Counted from the first letter of the stretch, positions 21,115 through 30,928 are shown. The stretch: 64,000 nucleotides of DNA from an uncultured Rhodobacteraceae bacterium (GCA_943787785.1 CALSNT010000001.1:65423-129422), one strand, 5' to 3'. Program-made: numbers and translations. Notes: generated by a model from the sequence alone, not told the origin.

Positions 21115-22194
21115 ATGACGCAAGGCAACCTGTCCCGGTTATCGGATGCTGAAACACGCTCGATCAGCCCCGAGAATTTTAGCGGCGCAAAGGGTCGCGG
21201 AGGCATGGCGATAAAGGGCACTGGCGCGGAACCGGCGCGTGAGCTGGGGCAGGGCTGGAAGGTGTCGCCTTCGGTCGAGATTGCGGCGGGCGAGGTTTTT
21301 ACCCTGGCCGATATCGACGGGGCGGGCGCTATCCAGCACATCTGGTGCACCGTCAATGATCGGCCCTGGCGCGACCTGATCCTGCGGATCCACTGGGACG
21401 GTCAGGACCATCCGTCGGTTGAATGCCCCCTGGGCGACTTCTTCGCCTGTGGCTGGGGATCATTCGCGCAGGTCAGCTCGGCCATGGTGGCAGTCAATCC
21501 GGGTCGCGGCTTCAACAGCTACTGGGAGATGCCGTTCAGGACCGGCGCGCGTATCACGCTGGAGAACCGCAATGCGGAAACAGTCATCTGCTATTATCAG
21601 GTCACATATGCGCTGACCGAGGTGCCAGACGATGCGGCGTATTTCCACGCCCAGTTCCGACGTTCAAATCCACTGGAGGACGGCCACGACCACGTGATCC
21701 TCGACGGGGTGCAGGGGCAGGGGCATTATGTCGGGACCTATCTGGCCTGGGGCGTCAACAACACCGGCTGGTGGGGTGAGGGCGAGGCGAAGTTTTATCT
21801 CGACGGCGATGAATTTCCGACGATTTGCGGCACCGGGACCGAGGATTATTTTGGCGGGGCCTACAACTTTGATCCCGGTTGGCTGGAGGTGGGGCGCGAC
21901 CACGGGTTTCAGGAATACACGACGGCCTATCTGGGAATGCCGCAGGTGATCCGGCCTGATGGGATTTACGCCAGTCAGCAGCGGTTCGGGATGTACCGCT
22001 GGCATGTGCCGGACCCGATCCGGTTCAGGCAGGACATCAAGGTCACCATTCAGGCGCTGGGCTGGCGGCCGGGCTCGCCGCGCCGGTACCTGCCGCTGCG
22101 CGACGATATTGCCTCGGTCGCGTACTGGTATCAGGCGCTGCCCACTGCGCCGTTTCCGCCGTTGCAATGCCGGAATGAGTTACAGGTGATTTGA
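21115..22194 (+). CDS. DUF2961 / GH172-family protein
   Basis: GAGAIQHIWCT, HWDGQDHPSVECPLGDFF, YWEMPF, YFHAQFRR, WWGEGEAKFYLDGDEFPTICGTGTEDYFGGAY. These are the hallmark DUF2961 motifs. Confidence 0.8.
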   Translation: MTQGNLSRLSDAETRSISPENFSGAKGRGGMAIKGTGAEPARELGQGWKVSPSVEIAAGEVFTLADIDGAGAIQHIWCTVNDRPWRDLILRIHWDGQDHPSVECPLGDFFACGWGSFAQVSSAMVAVNPGRGFNSYWEMPFRTGARITLENRNAETVICYYQVTYALTEVPDDAAYFHAQFRRSNPLEDGHDHVILDGVQGQGHYVGTYLAWGVNNTGWWGEGEAKFYLDGDEFPTICGTGTEDYFGGAYNFDPGWLEVGRDHGFQEYTTAYLGMPQVIRPDGIYASQQRFGMYRWHVPDPIRFRQDIKVTIQALGWRPGSPRRYLPLRDDIASVAYWYQALPTAPFPPLQCRNELQVI

Positions 22195-22231
22195 TGCCAA
22201 CCGTAACCCTTGACCCGGAAAGGAGCCCGGA

Positions 22232-22744
22232 ATGATCTCAGTTGGCGATATTCTGGCAATTCTGGACCTTGCCAGTCAGGTGCTGCCCGGAAAGGACGAC
22301 CCGCCCGAGGCTTATGCCGACCTTTATGCGAACGACGACCATGCCCAGATCGGCGCGGCGCTGGATGTCATTCATTTTGATCGCGATGGCGTGCTGTCGG
22401 TTTTGCGCGCGCTGGCGGAACATCGCCCGATTACGCCCGACCTGCGTGAGCGCATTTTCACCTTCAATCAAATCGGACCCGATGTCGATCGCGCCTTACG
22501 TAAACTGGTTGATGCCGGGGCCGACCGCGAAAACCTGTCGATTGCGGACCGCGATCGGTTGAAGGCAATTGTCGAAGTCAAAGCCGGTGTGCGGTGGGAT
22601 ATTCAGCAAGTGGCCAACCAAGCGATAAACATGAATGCGCCCTATGAACCGGCCGATATGGCGCGGCTGGTCGCTGGGATCGAGGCACTGAACGAGCGAA
22701 TACAGGCGGCCGAGACCGTGCTGCGGCACAGGAAGAAGATATGA
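22232..22744 (+). CDS. Hypothetical protein (170 aa)
   Basis: ORF with an RBS (ggaaaggag) 7 nt upstream. Its stop is 1 nt before the next ATG. No domain recognised. Confidence 0.5.
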   Translation: MISVGDILAILDLASQVLPGKDDPPEAYADLYANDDHAQIGAALDVIHFDRDGVLSVLRALAEHRPITPDLRERIFTFNQIGPDVDRALRKLVDAGADRENLSIADRDRLKAIVEVKAGVRWDIQQVANQAINMNAPYEPADMARLVAGIEALNERIQAAETVLRHRKKI

Positions 22745-22745
22745 C

Positions 22746-23966
22746 ATGCTGACTCCCTACGACGCGCTTGAAATCCGTTCAGCCGATGCGCGTGCCGCAG
22801 ATCTGGCCCGCGCTTTGCCGGCACAGATTAGCCGCGCCGCTGATCTGACTGGGTACCGCGAGGCGCTGGCCGGGATTGACCCGGCAGCAATCAAGACACC
22901 CGCGGACCTCGCCCGATTGCCCGTGTTGCGCAAGGCGGATCTAGGGGCGGCGCAGATGAAGCGGCCTCCTCTGGGGGGCTTTGCGACGCTTGCGCCGGGG
23001 GAATTTCGCCACCTGTTCCAGTCGCCCGGGCCGATCTATGAGCCGGGCAATCACAGCCATGACTGGTGGCGCGTCGGGCGGTTTCTGCATGCCTGCGGGA
23101 TTGGTGCGGGCGACATTGTGCAGAACTGTTTTTCCTATCACCTGACCCCGGCGGGGATGATCTTTGAGTCCGGCGCGCGGGCCGTCGGGGCAGCCGTGAT
23201 CCCGGCGGGGACCGGCCAGACCGAGGCGCAGGTGCAGGCGGCGGCGCAGCTGGGGGCCACGGCCTATGCCGGGACGCCGGATTATCTGAAGGTGATTCTG
23301 GATAAGGCCGATGCGATGGGTGTGGCGCTGGGAATTACGCGCGCTGCGGTAGGTGGCGGGGCATTATTTCCCGCGCTCAGGCAGGCTTACGCCGACCGGG
23401 GCATCGCCTGTTTGCAGAACTATGCCACCGCCGATCTGGGCAACATCGCCTATGAATCCGACGCGGCGGAGGGATTGATCGTCGACGAGGGTGTTGTGGT
23501 CGAAATCGTCACTCCGGGCACTGGCGATCCTGTACCCGACGGTGAGGTGGGTGAAGTCGTGGTTACGACCCTGAACCCCGATTATCCGCTGATCCGGTTG
23601 GCCACGGGAGATTTGAGCGCGATTTTGCCGGGACAAAGCCCATGCGGGCGCACCAATTCGCGCATCAAGGGCTGGATGGGGCGGGCTGATCAGACAACCA
23701 AGGTCAAAGGCATGTTCGTGCGTCCTGAACAGGTGGCCGATCTGGTGGCGCGCCACGACGAGATAGCCCGCGCCCGTGTCGTTGTCGACCGCGACGGAAA
23801 CCAGGATGCCATGACAGTGCGCTTGGAAACAGATGCGCAAGATGCAACGATGTATGAACAAACGGTTCTCGACACGCTCAAATTGCGCGGCAAGGTCGAA
23901 CTGGTGCGGTTGGGGGACCTCCCCCGGGACGGATTAGTGATCGAGGATTTGCGGAGATACGACTGA
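22746..23966 (+). CDS. Phenylacetate-CoA ligase-like (PaaK family) adenylating enzyme
   Basis: 406 aa, with the PaaK-like N-terminal region (LPVLRKADL...) and a C-terminal ...KVKGMFVRPEQV... motif. This family commonly closes this type of ABC operon. Confidence 0.75.
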   Translation: MLTPYDALEIRSADARAADLARALPAQISRAADLTGYREALAGIDPAAIKTPADLARLPVLRKADLGAAQMKRPPLGGFATLAPGEFRHLFQSPGPIYEPGNHSHDWWRVGRFLHACGIGAGDIVQNCFSYHLTPAGMIFESGARAVGAAVIPAGTGQTEAQVQAAAQLGATAYAGTPDYLKVILDKADAMGVALGITRAAVGGGALFPALRQAYADRGIACLQNYATADLGNIAYESDAAEGLIVDEGVVVEIVTPGTGDPVPDGEVGEVVVTTLNPDYPLIRLATGDLSAILPGQSPCGRTNSRIKGWMGRADQTTKVKGMFVRPEQVADLVARHDEIARARVVVDRDGNQDAMTVRLETDAQDATMYEQTVLDTLKLRGKVELVRLGDLPRDGLVIEDLRRYD

Positions 23967-23993
23967 CGCCGCGTCGCCGAAGGGAGGCGACCT

Positions 23994-25640
23994 ATGACGA
24001 CAAACCCCCTGAAACTGGCCCTTGCGGGCCTGCTGTTGGCGTGTGCCGCGCCGCTTTGGGCTGCCGATATCGCGCTGGTGATCGGAAATGAGGATTATGA
24101 TGAAATACGCGATCTCAGGCGCGGTGATAATGTCGTCGCTGCCGCTTCCGCGCTGGAACGGGCTGGGATCGACGTGGTGGGCGCGCGCAATGCGGACCTT
24201 TCCGAGCTGCAATCCTCTGTTGCACAGTATGCCCAGATGGCACCAAATGCCGACGGATTGATCGTCGTTTTGTCGGGGCGTTTCATGCATTCCGCGACCG
24301 ACACGTTTTTGCTTCCGGTCGATACCGATCGTCCCGGTATTGCACGGCTGAGTTTCAACGCGCTTCCTCTCTCGACGGTACTGGCGGTATTGTCGGCCAG
24401 TCCCGAACGGGCGGTCCTGGTGTTGGTCGGCGATGGAGAGTCGGATCAGATCGGGGCATATCTTCAAGCCGGCATTGGCCAGCCGACGATTCCCGAAGGC
24501 GTCACCATCGTCAGTGCGAATACGCGTGAAGGCGCGCGCTTTATGCGCGATGTCCTGGCCGCACCGGGTGCCTCGATCCCGGACGCAGTGGGTGCCACGC
24601 GTGGCATGCGTGCTGCGGGCTATCTGCCTGATGGCTTTGCGTTCCTTGAGCTTGAGGACGCACCGGAAATCGATGAAGCGGAAGCCGGGTACTGGGAACT
24701 GGTGCAGGAACTGGACACCATCAATTCCTATCGACGGTATCTTGACCGGTACCCGAATGGCCCTCACGCAGACGAAGCTCAGCAAAGGGTAGATGCCTAC
24801 ACAAACGAACCCAATCGCCGCGCACGGCTGGCCGAGGAAGCGCTGAACCTCACACGTGAACAACGCCAGCAGGTGCAACGGGCGTTGACGATCCTCGATT
24901 ATCGTCCACGTGGCATCGACGGGATTTTTGGCCCCGGCACGCGTGGGGCCATAGCTCGCTGGCAGGATGCCAATAATCTGCGCTCAACGACGTATCTGAA
25001 CGCGGCGCAGACCAATCGCCTGCTGCAACAGGGGCAGGCCCGTGCAGAGGAAATGGAAGCCGCTGCCGAAGCGCGTCGGCTGGAGCTTGAACGACAGGAT
25101 CGCGATTATTGGCGGCGCACCGGCGAGAATGGCGGCGAGGGCAACTTCCGCGCCTATCTGGAACGTTATCCGGACGGGCTCTATGCCGAGATCGCGAATG
25201 CGCGGCTTGAGGCGATTGATGAACGCAAACGCAACCGGGCCGAGCGGCGCGACCGCCGCGCCTGGGAGCAGGCGCAGGAGCTGAATTCGCTCGATGGCTA
25301 TCGCGCCTACCTTAGCGCCTTTCCGAACGGCGTGTTTGCCGATGAAGCGCAAGCACGGGTGAGGGTATATGAAGAAGAAGCGGCCAATGCGAATGCCCTT
25401 GCACGCGCCCGTGCCGAAGAAGATGCGCTGGGTCTCAACCCCGTTACCCGTCAGTTGGTCGAACGGCGGCTGAATGCGCTGGGGCTGAAACCGGGTCGGG
25501 TGGACGGACAATTCAACGAACGCACCCGGCGGGCGATTCGTCGTTTTCAGGATCGGCGTAACCTTCAGGTGACGGGTTACCTGAATGAGCCGACCATGGT
25601 GCGATTGCTGGCCGGTGGGATCATCTCGCTGTTCGAATAG
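23994..25640 (+). CDS. Secreted caspase-fold (C14-like) protein lacking the catalytic dyad, with 3 helical repeats and 2 peptidoglycan-binding (PG_binding_1) domains
   Basis: Signal peptide, then DIALVIGNEDYD. SGRF replaces SGHG and LVGDG replaces LDAC(R). Three repeats: YLDRYPNGPHADEAQQRV, YLERYPDGLYAEIANARL, YLSAFPNGVFADEAQARV. PG-binding motifs: DGIFGPGTRGAIARWQ and DGQFNERTRRAIRRFQ. Confidence 0.7.
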   Translation: MTTNPLKLALAGLLLACAAPLWAADIALVIGNEDYDEIRDLRRGDNVVAAASALERAGIDVVGARNADLSELQSSVAQYAQMAPNADGLIVVLSGRFMHSATDTFLLPVDTDRPGIARLSFNALPLSTVLAVLSASPERAVLVLVGDGESDQIGAYLQAGIGQPTIPEGVTIVSANTREGARFMRDVLAAPGASIPDAVGATRGMRAAGYLPDGFAFLELEDAPEIDEAEAGYWELVQELDTINSYRRYLDRYPNGPHADEAQQRVDAYTNEPNRRARLAEEALNLTREQRQQVQRALTILDYRPRGIDGIFGPGTRGAIARWQDANNLRSTTYLNAAQTNRLLQQGQARAEEMEAAAEARRLELERQDRDYWRRTGENGGEGNFRAYLERYPDGLYAEIANARLEAIDERKRNRAERRDRRAWEQAQELNSLDGYRAYLSAFPNGVFADEAQARVRVYEEEAANANALARARAEEDALGLNPVTRQLVERRLNALGLKPGRVDGQFNERTRRAIRRFQDRRNLQVTGYLNEPTMVRLLAGGIISLFE

Positions 25641-25896
25641 CGAACCTGGCCCGCCCTTGCCGGATTGGTTTGGGCGGGTCGAATTGCGGGATTTGGGAGG
25701 CGACCGAATTTGTTCAGATCTGGTTTAGACTGTGCGAGCGTCAGCCCCGGTGCCCTTCGGGCTTGGTTCCGAGCTAACGAGCGCTCCGAACCAAGGTCCT
25801 TACAAGGCTGCTGAACGATCTGGGTGAACTGAACCGTTTCACCCGCACCACGCACGAAGAAGCCCGCCGCGGAGTTCCGGGGCGGGCGAGGCTATT

Positions 25897-25919
25897 CAAA
25901 AGTGGCCTGAATTCGGCCA
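25897..25919 (-). terminator. Intrinsic terminator of rpmJ
   Basis: On the minus strand: GTGGCC-gaattca-GGCCAC followed by TTTTG, starting 13 nt after the rpmJ stop. Confidence 0.6.
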
Positions 25920-25931
25920 CCAAACGCAGGC

Positions 25932-26057
25932 TTAGCCCTGGCGGGCCTTGAACCGCTTTTGCGTCTTGTTGATCACATAGACCCGGCCCTTACGGCGCAC
26001 GATCTGGCAATCACGGTGCCGGTTCTTCAGTGAGCGTAGCGAGTTTCTGACTTTCAT
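25932..26057 (-). CDS. rpmJ: 50S ribosomal protein L36
   Basis: [41 protein letters not shown] (41 aa). This is the C-terminal part of the over-long ORF 25932..26357. Confidence 0.95.
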   Translation of the reverse strand: MKVRNSLRSLKNRHRDCQIVRRKGRVYVINKTQKRFKARQG

Positions 26058-26110
26058 CGCATCTTTCCTTCGTGTCGTCGGGGCTACCCAAAAGGGCAAC
26101 AAAATCTGCA

Positions 26111-26185
26111 TGGTGGGCGATACTGGGATCGAACCAGTGACCCCTTCGATGTCAACGAAGTGCTCTACCGCTGAGCTAATCACCC
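26111..26185 (-). tRNA. tRNA-Val (anticodon GAC), CCA encoded
   Basis: The reverse complement is GGGTGATTAGCTCAGCGGTAGAGCACTTCGTTGACATCGAAGGGGTCACTGGTTCGATCCCAGTATCGCCCACCA. It has a 7-bp acceptor stem, anticodon stem CTTCG/CGAAG with loop TTGACAT, and a T-arm GGTTCGATCC. Confidence 0.95.
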
Positions 26186-26349
26186 ATGTCCTCCGGATCA
26201 CCCGGCCTGCCCGAAAAGAACAGGGCGCGAGGGATACCCCCGCGCCGGTCGAGAGGTCTATAAAAGGATGCCTTGGCCGGTTCAAGGGGTTTTGAGTGCA
26301 TCGTGCGCCCGATATGTTACACTGAACGCGCCGCAATGTTGGAGCTGGG

Positions 26350-27210
26350 ATGCCCAAGCCTGCCTATTCATTGACGCTACCACAAGATCGCTCGACAGCG
26401 GTGGTCTTTGCGTCTCCGCATTCAGGGCGCGACTATCCGCCGTCGTTCCTGCGCCGTTCGGTGCTGCCGACTCGATTGCTGCGCTCGTCCGAGGACGCCT
26501 TTGTTGATTTGCTGTTCGGCTCCGCGCCAAGGCAGGGTGCGCCTTTGCTGGCGGCGCTGGCGCCGCGTGCCTGGGTCGATCTGAACCGAGATGCGGACGA
26601 GCTGGATCCGGCGCTGATCGAGGGATTGGTGAGGGGACCGCCGAACCCACGTGTCAATTCGGGCCTTGGCGTTGTCCCGCGCGTCGTGGCCAGTGGTCGC
26701 GCGATCTATTCCGGCAAGCTGAAACGGGTTGAGGCTGATACGCGGATCACCGATGTCTGGCGTCCCTATCACGATGCCTTGCAGACTCTGCTGGACGAAA
26801 GTCGGGCAACGTTTGGAAATGCGATACTTGTCGACTGCCATTCCATGCCACATGAGGCGCTTGAGGCCGCATGTCCTCGGCATGCCGCGCGCCCGGACGT
26901 CGTTCTGGGTGACCGGTTCGGGGCTGCGGCCGACAGTGAGATTGTCGACCGGATGGAGGCTGCGTTTGCCGGTGCCGGATTCAGGGTTGCGCGCAATGCG
27001 CCGTTCGCGGGCGCGTTCATAACCCAGCACTATGGCCGCCCGTCGCAGGGCCAGCACACCGTTCAGATCGAAATTGATCGCGCCCTCTATATGAACGAGG
27101 CGCGGGTCGAACCAAACGCGAATTTCGATGTGATCAGGCGCAAGATCAGCGGCGTGATCGCCGAGATCTGCGACATTGGACGATGTGATGTTGCCGTGGC
27201 GGCGGAATGA
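26350..27210 (+). CDS. N-formylglutamate amidohydrolase (FGase) family protein
   Basis: [17 protein letters not shown] and VDCHSMP motifs, typical of PF05013. Confidence 0.8.
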   Translation: MPKPAYSLTLPQDRSTAVVFASPHSGRDYPPSFLRRSVLPTRLLRSSEDAFVDLLFGSAPRQGAPLLAALAPRAWVDLNRDADELDPALIEGLVRGPPNPRVNSGLGVVPRVVASGRAIYSGKLKRVEADTRITDVWRPYHDALQTLLDESRATFGNAILVDCHSMPHEALEAACPRHAARPDVVLGDRFGAAADSEIVDRMEAAFAGAGFRVARNAPFAGAFITQHYGRPSQGQHTVQIEIDRALYMNEARVEPNANFDVIRRKISGVIAEICDIGRCDVAVAAE

Positions 27211-27339
27211 CAGGCGGGACAACCACAGCTTGAATCGGCAAAAACGCCAATAAATGGTCATATTCGCGCACTATCAGGCGTCCGCCACATCGTGTTATAG
27301 GTGGCCCACCAAACGTGTTTGTCGCCAGGGAATGCCGCC

Positions 27340-29438
27340 GTGCCTATATTGAGCTTTTACAATATTGACCCATTGTCGCTGTTTCCGACAACGGGGCTTC
27401 CATCCTCAGGATTTGTCTATACCGGTCCGGCCAGCCCGACTGGATCTGTTGATATTACCGACAATAGCACCGGCACGGGCGTCGACGAATTTACTGACGA
27501 CAACTCGGGCGAGGGGTCCACGACAGGTATTGTCACTCTGAATGGATCGACGGCCGGCAGCGCCAATGTCGACAATGAAATGTCCTGGACGGTAACTGAC
27601 AGCGTTACCGGTGAGACATTTCAGATCGCTCAGCTTGATGTTGAGGTGGCACGCACGCAGGTGAGTACTTGCTGTCCGAGCAGCCCCTGATCGCAGGGCG
27701 CGCGTACACAATTGAATCCTACGACAGTTTCCCGCAGGAGGGTGAGGCTTCGGTTTTCACCTACGCTGACTATGTGGAATCCGATGGGATCGTCTCTGGT
27801 ACGGCCGGCGCTGACACGATTGACGTTGACTACACGGACGATCCGGAAAACGACCTGATCGACTATGTGACCGAACCGGTCGACCTGAACCTGTCGTGGG
27901 TCGACGACATGGGCGGGGACGAAGCTGATGTTGAAGGCGCCAATCCTGCCGTAGATGTTGGCGGAATTAACGTCACGGTAACGGTTACTGATCACGGTGG
28001 CCTCGACGCTGCCACTGTCGAAGACGATGACCTTCAATATGTCGCGGCGGGCGAACCATTTGAAACAAATTCGGCGCTGTTTCTGGACGGCGCGCGGGGA
28101 TACCCAATCATCCACGACCGCAATCGATTTTGAATCCGTTGCCGGATCGGGATTCGAGGACGCCGTCCAGAACGTCCAGTTCCGCCTGAACGACGTCGAT
28201 ATTGGTGCCTGGACTGATATCGTCACAATCCGTGCTTACGACGCAAACGGAAATCTGCTCACAGATCCGAATGCCGTCATTCTGACACCAGCCGGTGACG
28301 ACACCGTTTCGGGCGACACCGTTACCGGCGTCGGATCCGACGATCATGACGAAATAGGCGGTTCGGTTCTCGTCCAAATTGTCGGTCCGGTCTCGCGGGT
28401 CGAGATCGACTACGATAACTCGTCGAACGCAAACCAGTGGCTATGGGTCACCGACATCCATTTTCAGGCGGTGCCCGAAGGATCATACGATGATTCCGTC
28501 GAAGCCGGTGCGGTGACGACACCATCGACGCCGGGCTGGGTGCCGATACGGTTTATGGCGAAGGTGGCGATGACACCATCCTCGTCGGCAGCGGCGACAC
28601 GGCCTTCGGTGACTTCTCGGAAGGCGACGGGGCCGGAAACAACGACGGTGACGACACCTTTATCATCAATCCGGATCAGCTGACCGGCGATGGCGAAGCG
28701 ATCACCATTCATGGCGGTGAAGCGCTGGATGACAGCGATTTCGACACACTCGATTTCAATGGTCAGTTGCTGGCTGGCTCGATCATCTATTCCGAAACTG
28801 ACCACACTGCCGGGGGCCTCAGCGGCACAGCGGAATTGCTGGACGGCACGATCGTCACCTTCACAGGTATTGAAGAGATTATTTGCTTCGCCAGCGCCAC
28901 CAACATCCTGACAGATACCGGCGAGGTCGCCATCGAACACCTGACCCCCGGCCAGATGATTTCCACCCTCGACCACGGATACCAGCCGCTGCGCTGGATC
29001 GGATCGCGGACTGTCCCGGCACAGGGCAGGATGGCCCCAATCGTGATCCGGGCCGGGGTTCTTGGAAACAAGCGCGACCTGCGGGTGTCACCACAACACC
29101 GGATGCTGATCCGCGGTGCGCAGGCGCAGTTGTTGTTTGGCGAGGATGAAGTGTTGGTTGCCGCCAAGCACCTGAGCAACTGGGATGGGGTGTTCACCGA
29201 TACCGGCGGCGAGGTCGAGTATTTCCACATGATGTTCGACGGCCACCAGATTGTCTTTGCCGATGGCGCGGAGTCTGAAAGTTTCCATCCCGGGACGGTC
29301 GGGATGGGCGCTCTGGAAGAGGCGGCTCGTGACGAGGTGCTTGGTTTGTTTCCAGAACTGGCCACCGATTTGGGGGCCTATGGGCCGACCGTGCGGATGT
29401 GCCTGAAACAGTATGAGGCGCAGTTGCTGGCGATGTAA
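27340..29438 (+). pseudogene. Large Hint (Hedgehog/intein-like) domain protein with RTX-like Ca-binding repeats, 3 frame disruptions
   Basis: Four frame segments (27301..27690, 27669..28133, 27997..28683 and the frame of 28767..29438) join into one protein of about 699 aa. It contains GDDTIDAGLGADTVYGEGGDDTILVGSGD repeats and a C-terminal Hint module (FASATNILTDTGEVAIEHLTPGQMISTLDHGYQPLRWIG...VSPQHRML...HMMFDGHQIVFADGAESESF). Breaks lie near 27643, 28095 and 28511. Confidence 0.8.
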
Positions 29439-29589
29439 GCGCTACGGAACGGTCAATAAACGCACATTTTATCAAGCCCGTAGGCGGTGGCAGCCGGTTG
29501 TGAAATCCGTCGGTTCCTGGCCAGGGGCGACGGCCCGGTGCCGGCCCCGTCGTCCACCGGGCATGAACCAATGGCGCACCGATGGACGA

Positions 29590-29620
29590 CCCGCCGGGAT
29601 ATTTGTGGCGAAAAGACTGG
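29590..29620 (+). repeat. Intergenic repeat copy F (diverged)
   Basis: cccgccggGATATTTGtgGcGAAAAGActgg, between the Hint gene and the dinB 3-prime end. Confidence 0.45.
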
Positions 29621-29674
29621 CTTAGAGGGTGCCTGGCTGCCGGTTTTGGCTACGGGCAAAGTCGTGGAATGCAA

Positions 29675-30928
29675 CTACCGCAGCGCGCGCCCTTTGACGA
29701 TGGCATCCTGACCAAATTTAGCTCGGATCGTATCGGCGGCCCGTTCGGCACTGGCGCGTTGCTTGGCTTGCGGGTCCAGCAGATCACCTGAGACATCGGC
29801 TTCGGTCGCGTTGACCAAATCGCTGATACCAACACCGATCAGTCGATACGGGCCTTCGTCGCCAACAAGGTCAAACAATTGTCGCGCAGTGCGATAAATC
29901 CGGTCCGCAACCTGCGTGGCGTCTGGCAGGCTGATCCGCCGGGTCAGGCTGGTATGATTGGCGCGCTTCAGCTTCAGGGTCACGATCCGCCCGGCCTTGT
30001 TGCGCGCCTTGGCGCGGTCGGCGATCTTCTCGGACAGGCGCCAGATGTGACCGTCCAGAATGTCGGGGTTCGCGGTATCGTCAAAGAACGTCGTCTCATT
30101 TGAAATGCTTTTGACCGGAGCGTTGGCCGAGACCCGGCGGCGATCCTCGCCCCGTGCCAGATGCCACAATCGGTCACCCATCGCACCGAACCGCGCCCCG
30201 AGGTCTTTCCTGTCCCAACGGCGCAGATCGGCGAAAGTGCGGATGCCGACACGCTCAAGACTTGCCTGCGCGGCGGGGCCGATGCCCCAAATCATTCGCA
30301 CTGGTTTTTCGGTCAGGAAGTCGTGGGTCTCGGCCTTGCCGATGATCGAGAAGCCGCGCGGTTTGTCGAGATCGGAGGCGACTTTGGCGAGGAATTTATT
30401 GTGGCTTAGGCCGATGGAGCCGCCCAACCCGAGCTCATCCTGCATCCGGTTGACCAGCCGCGCCAGCATCACCGCGGGCGGCGCGCCGTGGAGTTTTTCG
30501 GTGCCGGTCAGGTCAATGAACGCTTCGTCCAGCGACAGAGGTTCCACCACTGGCGAAAGCTCGTCCATCATCGCGCGGATCGCTTTGGAGGCCTCGACAT
30601 AGGCGCTCATCCGGCCCTTCACGACCGTCGCCTCGGGGCAGAGTTTCAGAGCCTGGAACATGGGCATGGCAGACCGCACGCCCTTGATCCGGGCGATGTA
30701 GCAGGCGGTGGTGACGACGCCGCGCCGTCCGCCGCCGACGATAACGGGTTTGTCGCGCAAGTTGGGGTCGTCGCGCTTTTCGACGGAGGCATAAAAAGCG
30801 TCGCAGTCCATATGGGCGATGGTCAGGTCGAACAGTTCGGGGTGCGACAGGATGCGCGGGCTGCGGCACGCGGGGCAGCGGGCGGCCAGATCGAAGCTGG
30901 CAAGGCAATCTCGGCAGAGCGATGGCAT
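29675..30928 (-). CDS. dinB: DNA polymerase IV with N-terminal Cys4 extension
   Basis: Y-family motifs IAHMDCDAFYASVE and SLDEAFIDLTG, 417 aa. The N-terminus MPSLCRDCLASFDLAARCPACRSP carries CxxC-x8-CxxC. Confidence 0.9.
   Translation of the reverse strand: MPSLCRDCLASFDLAARCPACRSPRILSHPELFDLTIAHMDCDAFYASVEKRDDPNLRDKPVIVGGGRRGVVTTACYIARIKGVRSAMPMFQALKLCPEATVVKGRMSAYVEASKAIRAMMDELSPVVEPLSLDEAFIDLTGTEKLHGAPPAVMLARLVNRMQDELGLGGSIGLSHNKFLAKVASDLDKPRGFSIIGKAETHDFLTEKPVRMIWGIGPAAQASLERVGIRTFADLRRWDRKDLGARFGAMGDRLWHLARGEDRRRVSANAPVKSISNETTFFDDTANPDILDGHIWRLSEKIADRAKARNKAGRIVTLKLKRANHTSLTRRISLPDATQVADRIYRTARQLFDLVGDEGPYRLIGVGISDLVNATEADVSGDLLDPQAKQRASAERAADTIRAKFGQDAIVKGRALR

Noticed and set aside
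23934-24878. 314-aa reverse ORF opposite the caspase-like gene
   Set aside because: It is an antisense shadow. The forward strand has a signal peptide and recognisable domains.
26111-26185. tRNA-Val as an integration site for a genomic island
   Set aside because: There is no integrase, no duplicated tRNA 3-prime end nearby, and the flanking genes (rpmJ, FGase) are ordinary.
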